The position numbers were made by a program, and so were the translations under genes. This document shows, piece by piece, positions 48,237-56,911 of a stretch of 64,000 nt of DNA. Every line of letters starts with the position of its first letter. Position 1 is the stretch's first letter. Under the pieces are notes generated by a model that worked only from the letters and a program-made list of their open reading frames with translations, ran no database searches and was not told the origin of the DNA. The stretch is from Candidatus Tayloriibacteriota bacterium. GTDB lineage: Bacteria > Patescibacteriota > Minisyncoccia > Phycocordibacterales > PALSA-1337. Location of the stretch: positions 191,066-255,065 of the forward strand of contig CALRAJ010000001.1 in the NCBI GenBank assembly GCA_943350765.1, read 5' to 3'.

Positions 48237-51200
48237 TTACATTACAATATTTACCACTCTTCCTTGTACATAGATAACTTTCTTTATCTGCTGTCTATCT
48301 ATCCACTTTTTTACTTCTGGAATACCCTGTGCTTGATTTTTTACTACCTCCTCAGTCGAATCTTTTGACACAATAATCTGCCCGCGCACCTTACCATTTA
48401 TCTGCACTGCAATAGTAACCATTTCCTCAACAAGCTTTTCTGGGTCAAATACTGGCCATGTTGCTATGTGTATAGAATTTTTATTACCCATCGCCGACCA
48501 AAGCTCCTCAGCCATATGTGGAGCAAATGGAGCGAGCAACTGTAGTAACACCCCCATCTGCTCTTCTGTAACCACTGTTTTTTCCATCGCATTTAGTAAA
48601 ATCATCAGCGACGAAATCGCGGTATTAAAACTGAAACCTTGAATATCTTCTCCTACCTTTTTAATAGTTTTGTTTAGTACAATTTCAAATGTACCCGCTT
48701 CCAACCCACGATCTACCGTCTCATGTTTGGTGTCTGTAAATCTACACCCAAGCTTCCACACCCGTTCGAGAAATCTTCTCGAGCCAATCATGTTTTGTGT
48801 ACTCCACGCAATACTCTGCTCAAACGGACCCATAAACATTTCATACACTCGAAAAGTATCGGCACCGTATGTAGCCATGACATCATCCGGGTTTACTACA
48901 TTACCAAATCGCTTACTCATCTTGCGACCATCCTCACCCATGATGAGTCCTTGATTTTTTAGCTCGGTGAAAGGCTCACTCGTCGAAACTACACCAATAT
49001 CATAGAGAAACTTATGCCAAAAACGAGCATATATTAGATGTCGTGTTGCGTGCTCTGTACCACCCACATAGAGATCCACTGGTGCCCAATATTTTTCCTT
49101 TTTAGGATCTACCAATGCTTTTTTGTTTTTCGAGTCCATGTAGCGGAGATAGTACCAAGACGACCCAGCCCACTGTGGCATGGTGTTGGTCTCTCTTTTT
49201 GCCGGGCCTTTACATTGCGGACATTTAGTATTCACCCACTTTGAGATAGTCGCAAGTGGTGACTCCCCTGTACCAGTCGGCTCGTATGATTTTACATTCG
49301 GCAATTTTACTGGCAAATCTTTCTCTGGTACTGCCACTACACCTTGCCCGGCAGGATTGCTTAGGGCACATTTTTCACAATGTACGAGTGGTATCGGCTC
49401 GCCCCAATATCTCTGCCTTGAAAATACCCAATCACGGAGTTTGTATTTAGTAACCATTTTACCTCCGACAAATTCAGTAATTTTCTTTTTTGCTTCTTTG
49501 GAATTTAATCCGTCAAATTTATCAGAGTAAGTAAGTAGCCCTTCGCCAGTAAAACACTCTATCCACCCACTAGAAAGATTTTGATAAATAGAATTAAGTA
49601 AGTCTTTGTTGGGTACAGTAAAATCAAAGTTATCGACCCGCACATCTTCTAGTACCGAATTATTCCCCCATACAAATTTCTTACCGATAATGGTATCGAA
49701 GTATATTCCATTTTCCTCTTCTAACAAAAATAGATCTAGCCAAACTCCGTCCTTATCACTCCAGAAAGCTTTGTGATTTTTCCAAAAATGACTTCCAGTT
49801 TTTTCACCAGTACTCAATTTAGAATTAAATCCTCTATCTGCAAGCTGTTTCTCGATAATCTTCCAGCCATTTTGCGTAACAAAAACATCTACATCCGAAT
49901 GGAGACCAAATTTCTTGTCACTCTGCGCTAATCTAGCCATACCACCAACCAATACCATTATGAAGTCATGTTTTCTAGATAAATCAAATACTTCCTTTAA
50001 TAGTTTACAATTATTCTCCTTGTTTGTGTCGGAATAATTTTTCTCATCTTTAATTACACATCGAATCGGTATATTATACTTCTTTGCAAACTCCCAATCC
50101 CGCTCATCATGTGCCGGCACTGCCATAACCGCACCGGTACCGTAGTCCGCGAGTACATAGTCGGCAATAAACATTGGGATCTTTTCTTTTGTTGCAGGAT
50201 TTATCGCCCACACACCATCGAGCTTTACACCAGTCTTTTCCTTGCCTGCATCTGTTCGCTCTATCTCAGTTTTCTTTTTTGACAAAGCAACATACTGACC
50301 TACTGATTCGGCGTTTTTAAGGACTCCTTTATGATTTTCATCTATCGCAAGTGTTACCCAAGGATGCTCTGGAGAAAGCACGAGAGCTGTTGCCCCAAAA
50401 AGTGTGTCCGCACGAGTAGTAAATACTGGCACTAAACCCGGCTTCCCACCATTTTCAAATTCTACTGCAAATGATATTTCTGACCCCTCACTCCTACCAA
50501 TCCAGTTCCTCTGACTCTCTTTAATAGACTCAGGCCAATTTAGGCTATCAATATCTTTGAGCAGTCGATCCGCATAGTCTGTAATCCGCAAAACCCACTG
50601 ACGAATAGGCTTTTTTTCTACCACACTACTACAGCGTTCACACTTACCATCCTCTAGGTCTTCGTTAGCAAGGCCTGTCTTGCACGATGGACACCAGTTG
50701 ATCGGCTCGTTGGACTCGTATGCTAAACCTTTTTTAAAAAGTTGTAGGAAAATCCACTGTGTCCAGCGATAGTATTCTGGATCGGTAGTATCTACTTCAC
50801 GCGACCAGTCATAGTCTAGTCCGATGATCTCCAACTGTTCTTTATAGCGTTTAATATTTTTCTTTACCGCCACACTCGGGTGGATTTTATTTTTAATGGC
50901 ATAATTTTCAGCAGGAAGACCGAAGGCATCAAAACCCATCGGGTGTAATACATTAAAACCCTGCATTCGTTTGAAACGCGAGTAGACATCGGTAGCGATA
51001 TATCCCTTTGGATGACCGACATGGAGACCTTCTCCCGACGGGTACGGAAACATGTCTAAAATGTAGCATTTATTGTTTTTAGCTGTATCGGCAGATTTCG
51101 GCTCAACTGTTTTATACAGCTTTTTTCTCTCCCATATCCTTTGCCATTTAATTTCAATCCGTTTATGGTTATACTCCGCAAGTTTCTGCTTGCCATGCCG

Positions 51201-51260
51201 TAGCGTAATCGCGGAGGATGGACACTTTTTTTCTATCTTTATATGGTCGTATTGCTTCAT
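48237..51260 (-). CDS. leuS: Leucyl-tRNA synthetase with an extra inserted domain of about 150 aa
   Basis: HIGH region (PYPSGEGLHVGH), editing-domain motifs, AHDERDWEFA and KMSKR are present. Between AHDERDWEFAKKYNIPI and YKLRDWVFSRQRYWGEPIP there are about 200 aa, versus about 70 aa in E. coli LeuRS. The extra region includes HDFIMVLVGGMARLAQSDKKFGLHSDVDVFV. Confidence 0.85.
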   Translation of the reverse strand: MKQYDHIKIEKKCPSSAITLRHGKQKLAEYNHKRIEIKWQRIWERKKLYKTVEPKSADTAKNNKCYILDMFPYPSGEGLHVGHPKGYIATDVYSRFKRMQGFNVLHPMGFDAFGLPAENYAIKNKIHPSVAVKKNIKRYKEQLEIIGLDYDWSREVDTTDPEYYRWTQWIFLQLFKKGLAYESNEPINWCPSCKTGLANEDLEDGKCERCSSVVEKKPIRQWVLRITDYADRLLKDIDSLNWPESIKESQRNWIGRSEGSEISFAVEFENGGKPGLVPVFTTRADTLFGATALVLSPEHPWVTLAIDENHKGVLKNAESVGQYVALSKKKTEIERTDAGKEKTGVKLDGVWAINPATKEKIPMFIADYVLADYGTGAVMAVPAHDERDWEFAKKYNIPIRCVIKDEKNYSDTNKENNCKLLKEVFDLSRKHDFIMVLVGGMARLAQSDKKFGLHSDVDVFVTQNGWKIIEKQLADRGFNSKLSTGEKTGSHFWKNHKAFWSDKDGVWLDLFLLEEENGIYFDTIIGKKFVWGNNSVLEDVRVDNFDFTVPNKDLLNSIYQNLSSGWIECFTGEGLLTYSDKFDGLNSKEAKKKITEFVGGKMVTKYKLRDWVFSRQRYWGEPIPLVHCEKCALSNPAGQGVVAVPEKDLPVKLPNVKSYEPTGTGESPLATISKWVNTKCPQCKGPAKRETNTMPQWAGSSWYYLRYMDSKNKKALVDPKKEKYWAPVDLYVGGTEHATRHLIYARFWHKFLYDIGVVSTSEPFTELKNQGLIMGEDGRKMSKRFGNVVNPDDVMATYGADTFRVYEMFMGPFEQSIAWSTQNMIGSRRFLERVWKLGCRFTDTKHETVDRGLEAGTFEIVLNKTIKKVGEDIQGFSFNTAISSLMILLNAMEKTVVTEEQMGVLLQLLAPFAPHMAEELWSAMGNKNSIHIATWPVFDPEKLVEEMVTIAVQINGKVRGQIIVSKDSTEEVVKNQAQGIPEVKKWIDRQQIKKVIYVQGRVVNIVM

Positions 51261-51284
51261 AAGGACTAATAGTATACTAAATGG

Positions 51285-51425
51285 GAGCGGGAGCCAAGAG
51301 CCATACTGGTGGCGAAAGTCCTGAGCTTAGCAAAGCGTAGGGCAAGAGCCATACAGGAGCCATACTGGTGGCGGGAGTACTAAAGCTCACCAGAGCGTAG
51401 TACTGGTAGCGAAGATGCTGAGTTT
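51285..51425. repeat. Dispersed intergenic repeat, family 1, tandem-unit copy E
   Basis: Repeated units AGAGCCATACTGGTGGCG[AG][AG]AGT.CTGAGCT.AGCA.AGCGTAG, between two and three units. Confidence 0.6.
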
Positions 51426-51494
51426 AGCAAAATAAAGTACAAGCGAGTGAGAAAAAGTTAATAGATTATAGTTTTTAGTTTATAGACGTATAGA

Positions 51495-51523
51495 TTGACA
51501 ATATATATAAAATAGCATAATGT
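51495..51523 (+). promoter_or_regulatory. Candidate sigma70-type promoter (TTGACA - 17 nt - TAATGT)
   Basis: About 25 nt upstream of the ATG of the 51546 ORF. Confidence 0.3.
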
Positions 51524-51545
51524 TCATTCCAGTTGCACAATAGCT

Positions 51546-51872
51546 ATGAAAACATATACCTCGTCCCGTCGGAATACGCTCCTTGGGTTGCTCTGTGCAG
51601 CCCTCGGATCCATCAAAAGTCTTGGGGCAAAATCCCCCGAACCGAAATACTACCGAGTGCAGTGGAAGAAACTCCACGACGAGCCCGTCGGACCTGGGGA
51701 TATGTGGGTCTGCCACGAAACGGACCCCAACACCCCAAAACGGCAAAGTGAGAACTGCTACAACCTGCAGATGCAGGCCATTCACGGAAGTCATTGGGGC
51801 ACACCGGCTAAGAGTATCAGTCGGGGCAATGGTGACTATTGGAGACCGACTGGACTCGTTCCTGTTTTTTGA
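51546..51872 (+). CDS. Small Tat-signal secreted protein, paralog A (unknown function)
   Basis: Twin-arginine motif SRRNTLLGLL and a conserved core PKYYRVQWKKLHDEPVGPGDMWV.H.TDPNTP shared with 52212-52538. GC-richer than the genome background. Its own promoter and terminator are present. Confidence 0.55.
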   Translation: MKTYTSSRRNTLLGLLCAALGSIKSLGAKSPEPKYYRVQWKKLHDEPVGPGDMWVCHETDPNTPKRQSENCYNLQMQAIHGSHWGTPAKSISRGNGDYWRPTGLVPVF

Positions 51873-51887
51873 TCAATCAACTATCGC

Positions 51888-51915
51888 ACACTGTCTTTGA
51901 GACAGTTTTTTATTT
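51888..51915 (+). terminator. Rho-independent terminator
   Basis: ACTGTCT-TTG-AGACAGT followed by TTTTTTATTT. Confidence 0.55.
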
Positions 51916-52211
51916 AAAAAAATACGAAAAACCATAGTTTTCCGAATGCCAGAAAAGCCAATAAATGGGCCATTTGAAGGGCTCAACAGCCCTGTTGAGC
52001 CGTTCAAATGGCTGGTTACAACCTAGCGAGAACGGTTCTGACCGGGTGAAAGCCCATCTGGTTTCATTGAAATGACTAATTACTAGACTAGTTTACAATG
52101 TGGACATTTGAGCTTGTCTCACATTTGCAATATAATTTGACAATACATAAAGAAATAATGTATGCTACCCTATAGCCTGAACAAACATTGGTAACAAAAG
52201 ATTAATCTATT

Positions 52212-52538
52212 ATGAAGCAAGATGCTGTCATTACTGGTCAGTCCCGTCGGAATACGCTCCTTGGGTTGCTCTATGCCGTCCTTGGACTGAAGTTGGAAGT
52301 TGAAGCAAAAACTCCCGTGCCCAAATATCAAAGGGTGCAGTGGAAGAAACTCCACGACGAGCCCGTCGGACATGGAGATATGTGGGTTATGCACGCAACG
52401 GATCCAAACACTCCGGATAACCTACACTTCCTTGAAATGCACAGGGCTGGTAAACATTTCCACGGAATTCCAGCAAAGGATATACTCTATCCCAATGGTA
52501 ATTTTTGGAGGCCAGTTGCCATCGTTGATGTCAACTGA
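52212..52538 (+). CDS. Small Tat-signal secreted protein, paralog B
   Basis: SRRNTLLGLL twin-arginine motif. About 50% identical to 51546-51872 over the full length (KYQRVQWKKLHDEPVGHGDMWVMHATDPNTP). Confidence 0.55.
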   Translation: MKQDAVITGQSRRNTLLGLLYAVLGLKLEVEAKTPVPKYQRVQWKKLHDEPVGHGDMWVMHATDPNTPDNLHFLEMHRAGKHFHGIPAKDILYPNGNFWRPVAIVDVN

Positions 52539-52552
52539 TAAAAGATACCCTC

Positions 52553-52580
52553 AGCACTGCCCCAAAAGCAGTTTTTTATT
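52553..52580 (+). terminator. Rho-independent terminator
   Basis: GCACTGC-CCCAAAA-GCAGT followed by TTTTTTATTT. Confidence 0.5.
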
Positions 52581-52584
52581 TAAA

Positions 52585-53016
52585 TCATTTGCTATCAACA
52601 AATCCGATCTTTTTGACAAAAGCTGGAATAAACTTCTGATGACCTATAAATATTTCTTTTGGTAAATTGTCTAAATCAAACCATTTCCATTCTGCAAATT
52701 TATCTGGCTCTGTTACCTTTAGTTCACCTGACCAATTTTTTGCAAGAAAATTGATATGCACATAATGCACTTTCTCCAATGGATCATTTACTAGATGTAA
52801 AAATTCTAATTCATTTGATATTATACCAGTCTCCTCCTCCAATTCTCTTTTAGCTGCACCTGCTAGTGATTCTCCATATTCAAAATGACCTCCTGGTAAA
52901 CACCATGTTCCATAGCCAGTTTTTCCTATTCTTTTACCAAATAAAATCTTTCCGTCTTTAAAAACAAATATATTTACACCGATCTTTGGATATGATTTTT
53001 GATCGTTTGAGTTCAT
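52585..53016 (-). CDS. NUDIX hydrolase
   Basis: Nudix box GGHFEYGESLAGAAKRELEEETGI. Confidence 0.8.
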   Translation of the reverse strand: MNSNDQKSYPKIGVNIFVFKDGKILFGKRIGKTGYGTWCLPGGHFEYGESLAGAAKRELEEETGIISNELEFLHLVNDPLEKVHYVHINFLAKNWSGELKVTEPDKFAEWKWFDLDNLPKEIFIGHQKFIPAFVKKIGFVDSK

Positions 53017-53227
53017 TGTGATTAGATAATATATTAAATCAATTTACCCAGGCTCGTGCCTAAACCGCAGTAGCGGATTGGTATCTACGCTTCGCTTCGA
53101 CCCTTGGCTGGCTCACTCTGGGTCATTGAATTTAAAATATAATTTCTAAAGAAATTATATTTTAAATTCAATCTGCCCTGCATCTCTCTTTACAGGCCCG
53201 ATGCTGGATCTCGGATTTAAAATCCTA

Positions 53228-54325
53228 CTAGATTTTAAACTCTACGACATCCCCATCTTTTACCACATACTCCTTTCCCTCTGTCCGTACCAAACCCTTT
53301 TCTCGAGCCACTCCGTATGAGCCTGAGGCGAGAAGCTTGTCCCACTCGATAACTTCCGCACGCACAAACTTATCTTTAAAATCCGTGTGGATCGCCGTAC
53401 CAGCCAGAGGTGCTGTCCAACCTTTTCGTATTGTCCAAGCTCGAGTCTCCTCGACTCCAGTCGTAAAATAGGTAATCAGGTCGAGCACTTCATATCCAGC
53501 GCGAATAAGTGTATCGATACCATCGTCCTTTGCCCCTAACCCATCTCGCATTTCTTTTTTATCCGCATCAGATAGGTCCTTGAGCTCATGTTCAAAACCC
53601 GCGTCCACCACCACCCATTTTGCGCCAGTCTTTTTAAAATGTTCGATCAGTCGGGTATACCTTGCATCATTTATCTCATCAAGATTTTTGCCTCCAGCTT
53701 TTTTGTTTAAAACATACAAAAATGGCTTTGCGGTCAGCAAGTGCAAATGTTTGAGTAATGGTTTTTCAAATTCATCTGTAGTAACGGTACTGACGAGCTT
53801 CTCTGCCTCAAGAGCATTTTTTAATTTCTCTAGCAGTCCATTTTCAATCACTGCCTCTTTTTTGCCACGCTTTATATCACTTTGAATGTTTGAAAGACGC
53901 TTGGTCACTGTTTGAAGGTCGGCGAGGATAAGCTCGAGATTGATAACCTCGATATCATTGAGTGGGTCTATTTTACCATCGACATGGATTACATTATCGT
54001 CTTCAAAAATACGCACGACCTCAGCAATAGCATCCGTCTCACGGATATTAGTGAGGAATTGATTACCCAAACCCTCACCTGCCGAGGCACCTTTTACGAG
54101 CCCTGCAATATCCACAAACTCCACCGCCGCAGGCACCGTTTTTAATGTTTTAGAAAATGCAGACAACTTCCAAAGACGCTCATCTGGTACGGCTACTACA
54201 CCTACAGAAGGGTCAATTGTACAAAAAGGGTAGTTTTCAGCAGGCACACTCTTTTTAGTAAGTGCGTTAAAAAGCGTTGATTTACCGACATTTGGAAGTC
54301 CGACAATACCGATGGATAGTGACAT
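53228..54325 (-). CDS. ychF: Ribosome-binding ATPase YchF (Obg-family GTPase)
   Basis: [23 protein letters not shown], then the TGS/YchF C-terminal domain (…DFIRAEVI…). Length 365 aa. Confidence 0.85.
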   Translation of the reverse strand: MSLSIGIVGLPNVGKSTLFNALTKKSVPAENYPFCTIDPSVGVVAVPDERLWKLSAFSKTLKTVPAAVEFVDIAGLVKGASAGEGLGNQFLTNIRETDAIAEVVRIFEDDNVIHVDGKIDPLNDIEVINLELILADLQTVTKRLSNIQSDIKRGKKEAVIENGLLEKLKNALEAEKLVSTVTTDEFEKPLLKHLHLLTAKPFLYVLNKKAGGKNLDEINDARYTRLIEHFKKTGAKWVVVDAGFEHELKDLSDADKKEMRDGLGAKDDGIDTLIRAGYEVLDLITYFTTGVEETRAWTIRKGWTAPLAGTAIHTDFKDKFVRAEVIEWDKLLASGSYGVAREKGLVRTEGKEYVVKDGDVVEFKI

Positions 54326-54814
54326 AGGAACACACTATAACACAATTTTAATTAGGAATGAAATAATAAATACAAAAGGCGTCCGTGTGTGGACACGAAC
54401 GCCTGAGTGAGAACAGCCAAAATGGCCGTGAACGAAACGAATTTGCAACGAAATACTCAAAGCCCAGGGGCCTTTACCCTGTCCTGGCTTCCACAAACCA
54501 GGGGCTTGAGCCATTTCGCTGCTCCCAAAAAACAGGATGGAGTGATGCTCATAATACCAGCACTTTCAACCTGCTCGATCCGCAACTGATAATACATGCC
54601 CACAAGGAGCTCGTAGAAGAATCTCATAGCTTTCTTTCTGCGACCGACATACTTTATATCATACTGCATCACAAAATACAAGTATCTAAAAAAGAACTTG
54701 ATATTTTCAGTCCAAAGGCTAAACAATGTATGTTTGAGCCTTTGGGTCGTTTTTACCCCGAAATCTCATTACTGCCTATTCTGTAGGGTGCCTCTACAAA
54801 GCCATTTGAACGGC

Positions 54815-54945
54815 TCAAGGAGCGTAGGCGACGAAGATACAGGAGCCATATCGGTGGCGGGAGTAATGAGCTCAGCAGAGCGAATGTGACGGTCTAGTAG
54901 GATTCGTTACAAGCACAGGGCTGTTGAGCCGTTAGATTTTACCTA
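54815..54945. repeat. Dispersed intergenic repeat, family 1 copy C
   Basis: GACGAAGATACAGGAGCCATATCGGTGGCGGGAGTAATGAGCTCAGCAGAGCGAATGTGACGG..GTTACAAGCACAGGGCTGTTGAGCCGTTAG. Near-identical to copy A. Confidence 0.65.
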
Positions 54946-55015
54946 TATACATGGGTTTGAATAATACATACTAGAAAATTCATATCCGTCTTTTATAATT
55001 GCATGGTATTTAACA

Positions 55016-55199
55016 AATAAAGTTTAGCCTCGTCCTATCCCCGTAGCAAGCTATTCCCTCGGATTACCTCGGCGGGGTATTAGGCGAGACGACAGGGTAA
55101 ACTTTGTTGCAAGAGTGTCGGCTCCGCCGACCTCATCTTCATTCTTGCGGATTCATCCCCGCGGCAAGCCGTCGGGGTATTCTCCACAATTGCAATAAA
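55016..55199 (+). ncRNA. Conserved structured element of about 185 nt, copy 2 (unknown class)
   Basis: About 93% identical to 44241-44425. Substitutions cluster in predicted loop or bulge segments (for example ATCTGGG versus GACAGGG, and GTATAGG versus GCAAGAG). Confidence 0.4.
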
Positions 55200-55245
55200 A
55201 AACCACGAACTTACATTCGTGGCATGGTAACTTCTGCACAGCTTA

Positions 55246-55536
55246 CTAAGCCTTTTTCTTACTGAGACCCATTTTCTTCAGAGCATCCTCCGGAGCGCTG
55301 TTGCTCTCGATGACGCCTGGCGGTGCGATGATAGCACCGCCACGACACAACCTGAAGCTGATTTTACCTTCCGTTACCAGCTTATTAACCTCCTTCACGG
55401 GATCCAAACCGGGAAAATACTCACGGAAAGCTGGGTTGAACCCAGAATAGACCGTGTGAATAGTCTTCATATTTCCTTTGACGAGTCTTTCGATTGCCAA
55501 GAGGACGAACTGCTCTACCGTCAGCTTTTCACTCAT
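55246..55536 (-). CDS. Hypothetical protein (96 aa), GC-richer cassette
   Basis: First gene of a compact three-gene, same-strand cassette whose GC content is clearly above the local background. Confidence 0.4.
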   Translation of the reverse strand: MSEKLTVEQFVLLAIERLVKGNMKTIHTVYSGFNPAFREYFPGLDPVKEVNKLVTEGKISFRLCRGGAIIAPPGVIESNSAPEDALKKMGLSKKKA

Positions 55537-55558
55537 AGTTTTTGTAGTTCTGTTTTGA

Positions 55559-56455
55559 TTACTGAACTAGCCCCATGGCACTGAGAGCCTTTTTCCCAGC
55601 ATTGACCGCTGGTTTCCGAGCTCTCTTCACAGAAACAACGACACCTTCTTCGGCAGCGGTCGCATGTAGGTTAAACCGCTTGCACCACTCGTCGTAGCGT
55701 TGATTTTGACGCGCGATGAGCTTTCCGTAGTGATCCATGACCTTTTTAACATCCGGAGGCTGAATAACCCCATCAGTAAGATCCCTCGCGACATGCTGGA
55801 GGTTGTGACCGACCACCGCACCTGTCTTTGCGAACTGGGCACCAAGCCGTGACTTCAGTTGACCAATACTGCCAGACTTGGCGCTGACCTTGTCAACTTT
55901 TCCGGTCATCGCCTCAGTGATTGATTCGGCCTTGACCCCAAACCGATCTGCGGCTTGAGGAACAGACATGCTCTCTTCAAGCACAGCTTTGATTGCCAGT
56001 TTGAGTCGTGCTTTGCCCTGAGCAGACTGGACTTCATCGAGATAATTCCTGATAAGTCTTGCAGGAAATCCGACCTGTTCACCAACATTGTGAATAATCA
56101 TGGCTCGGGTCTCACCAGCCGTCAAAAGCAGACCCATAACATGACCGATGTCCGTAGATGAGGGTGGGAGTGCCCCACCAACATTGCACTTGAGAGCACG
56201 AACAATCATTTCGGCTCTTGAACTAAAGTGCTGGAATTCGCACTCTACATCCTTAAACTCCATTGCTCGGTACGCAGCAAGCCGATGACGACCATCGACA
56301 AGCTCATTTCCGGCATCAGACAGTATAAGTGGTGGAAGTGTCACACCAGCTGTAATCAAGTCAACAAGATATTCCACATGTGCCTGATTGAGATGGAGAC
56401 GAACCACGAATGTCTCTTTGATCTCGCTGACTTTCAATTTTACTGTTTTCTTCAT
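55559..56455 (-). CDS. ParB/Sulfiredoxin-like nuclease-domain protein
   Basis: ParB-type motif ELVDGRHRLAAY within an N-terminal domain of about 90 aa. The remainder is uncharacterised. GC-richer than the flanks. Confidence 0.55.
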   Translation of the reverse strand: MKKTVKLKVSEIKETFVVRLHLNQAHVEYLVDLITAGVTLPPLILSDAGNELVDGRHRLAAYRAMEFKDVECEFQHFSSRAEMIVRALKCNVGGALPPSSTDIGHVMGLLLTAGETRAMIIHNVGEQVGFPARLIRNYLDEVQSAQGKARLKLAIKAVLEESMSVPQAADRFGVKAESITEAMTGKVDKVSAKSGSIGQLKSRLGAQFAKTGAVVGHNLQHVARDLTDGVIQPPDVKKVMDHYGKLIARQNQRYDEWCKRFNLHATAAEEGVVVSVKRARKPAVNAGKKALSAMGLVQ

Positions 56456-56492
56456 ACTCTACCTTTTGCTTTTCTTTTTTTACTGTTGCTGT

Positions 56493-56750
56493 TTACTTTG
56501 CCCGAATCGGTTGTGCCGACCGAGCCCGCCAACCCTTGGCGAACTTTTCAATCCCCATCAGATAAACCATTTGGCCTTTTGACGGCGCATGATCATCTTG
56601 ATAAGCACTGATTGAAAAGGTTACTGTTGTATTCACAGGTAAACCGGATTCCGAAAAAGGGGCTTTGAGTCTTGTGACCGCATACGCCCTTTCTCCTCCT
56701 CCAATCACCGATGTCACAACAGCTTCAACTAATGAAGTTTTCTGCTCCAT
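56493..56750 (-). CDS. Hypothetical protein (85 aa), GC-richer cassette
   Basis: Third ORF of the cassette. No motif. Confidence 0.35.
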   Translation of the reverse strand: MEQKTSLVEAVVTSVIGGGERAYAVTRLKAPFSESGLPVNTTVTFSISAYQDDHAPSKGQMVYLMGIEKFAKGWRARSAQPIRAK

Positions 56751-56911
56751 AGGCTTTATTCTGTTGTTAAGGACCTACTACAGGAAAACGACAGGCTTTC
56801 CTAAGTCCGACTTGAGGCTAGCATATAATCCATACTTAGTCAAGTAAAAATCCTTACATTTTTAATGTAAGTGCACCGAATAATCTACCTAAAAATAGAC
56901 TTCTTTCCCCC

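Noticed and set aside
51480-51900. Multiple overlapping ORFs in five frames (51480..51794 minus, 51533..51751, 51583..51900, 51613..51804 and others)
   Set aside because: These are artefacts of locally elevated GC, which gives few stop codons. Only the frame with the Tat signal and conservation with the downstream paralog (51546-51872) is retained.
53041-53116. 76-nt segment CCCAGG...CTGGG as a possible tRNA
   Set aside because: It cannot be folded into a cloverleaf: there is no D-stem pairing and no T-loop TTCRA motif on either strand. Across the whole window no GGTTCGA- or TTCAAAT-type T-loop signatures were found, so no tRNA genes are called.
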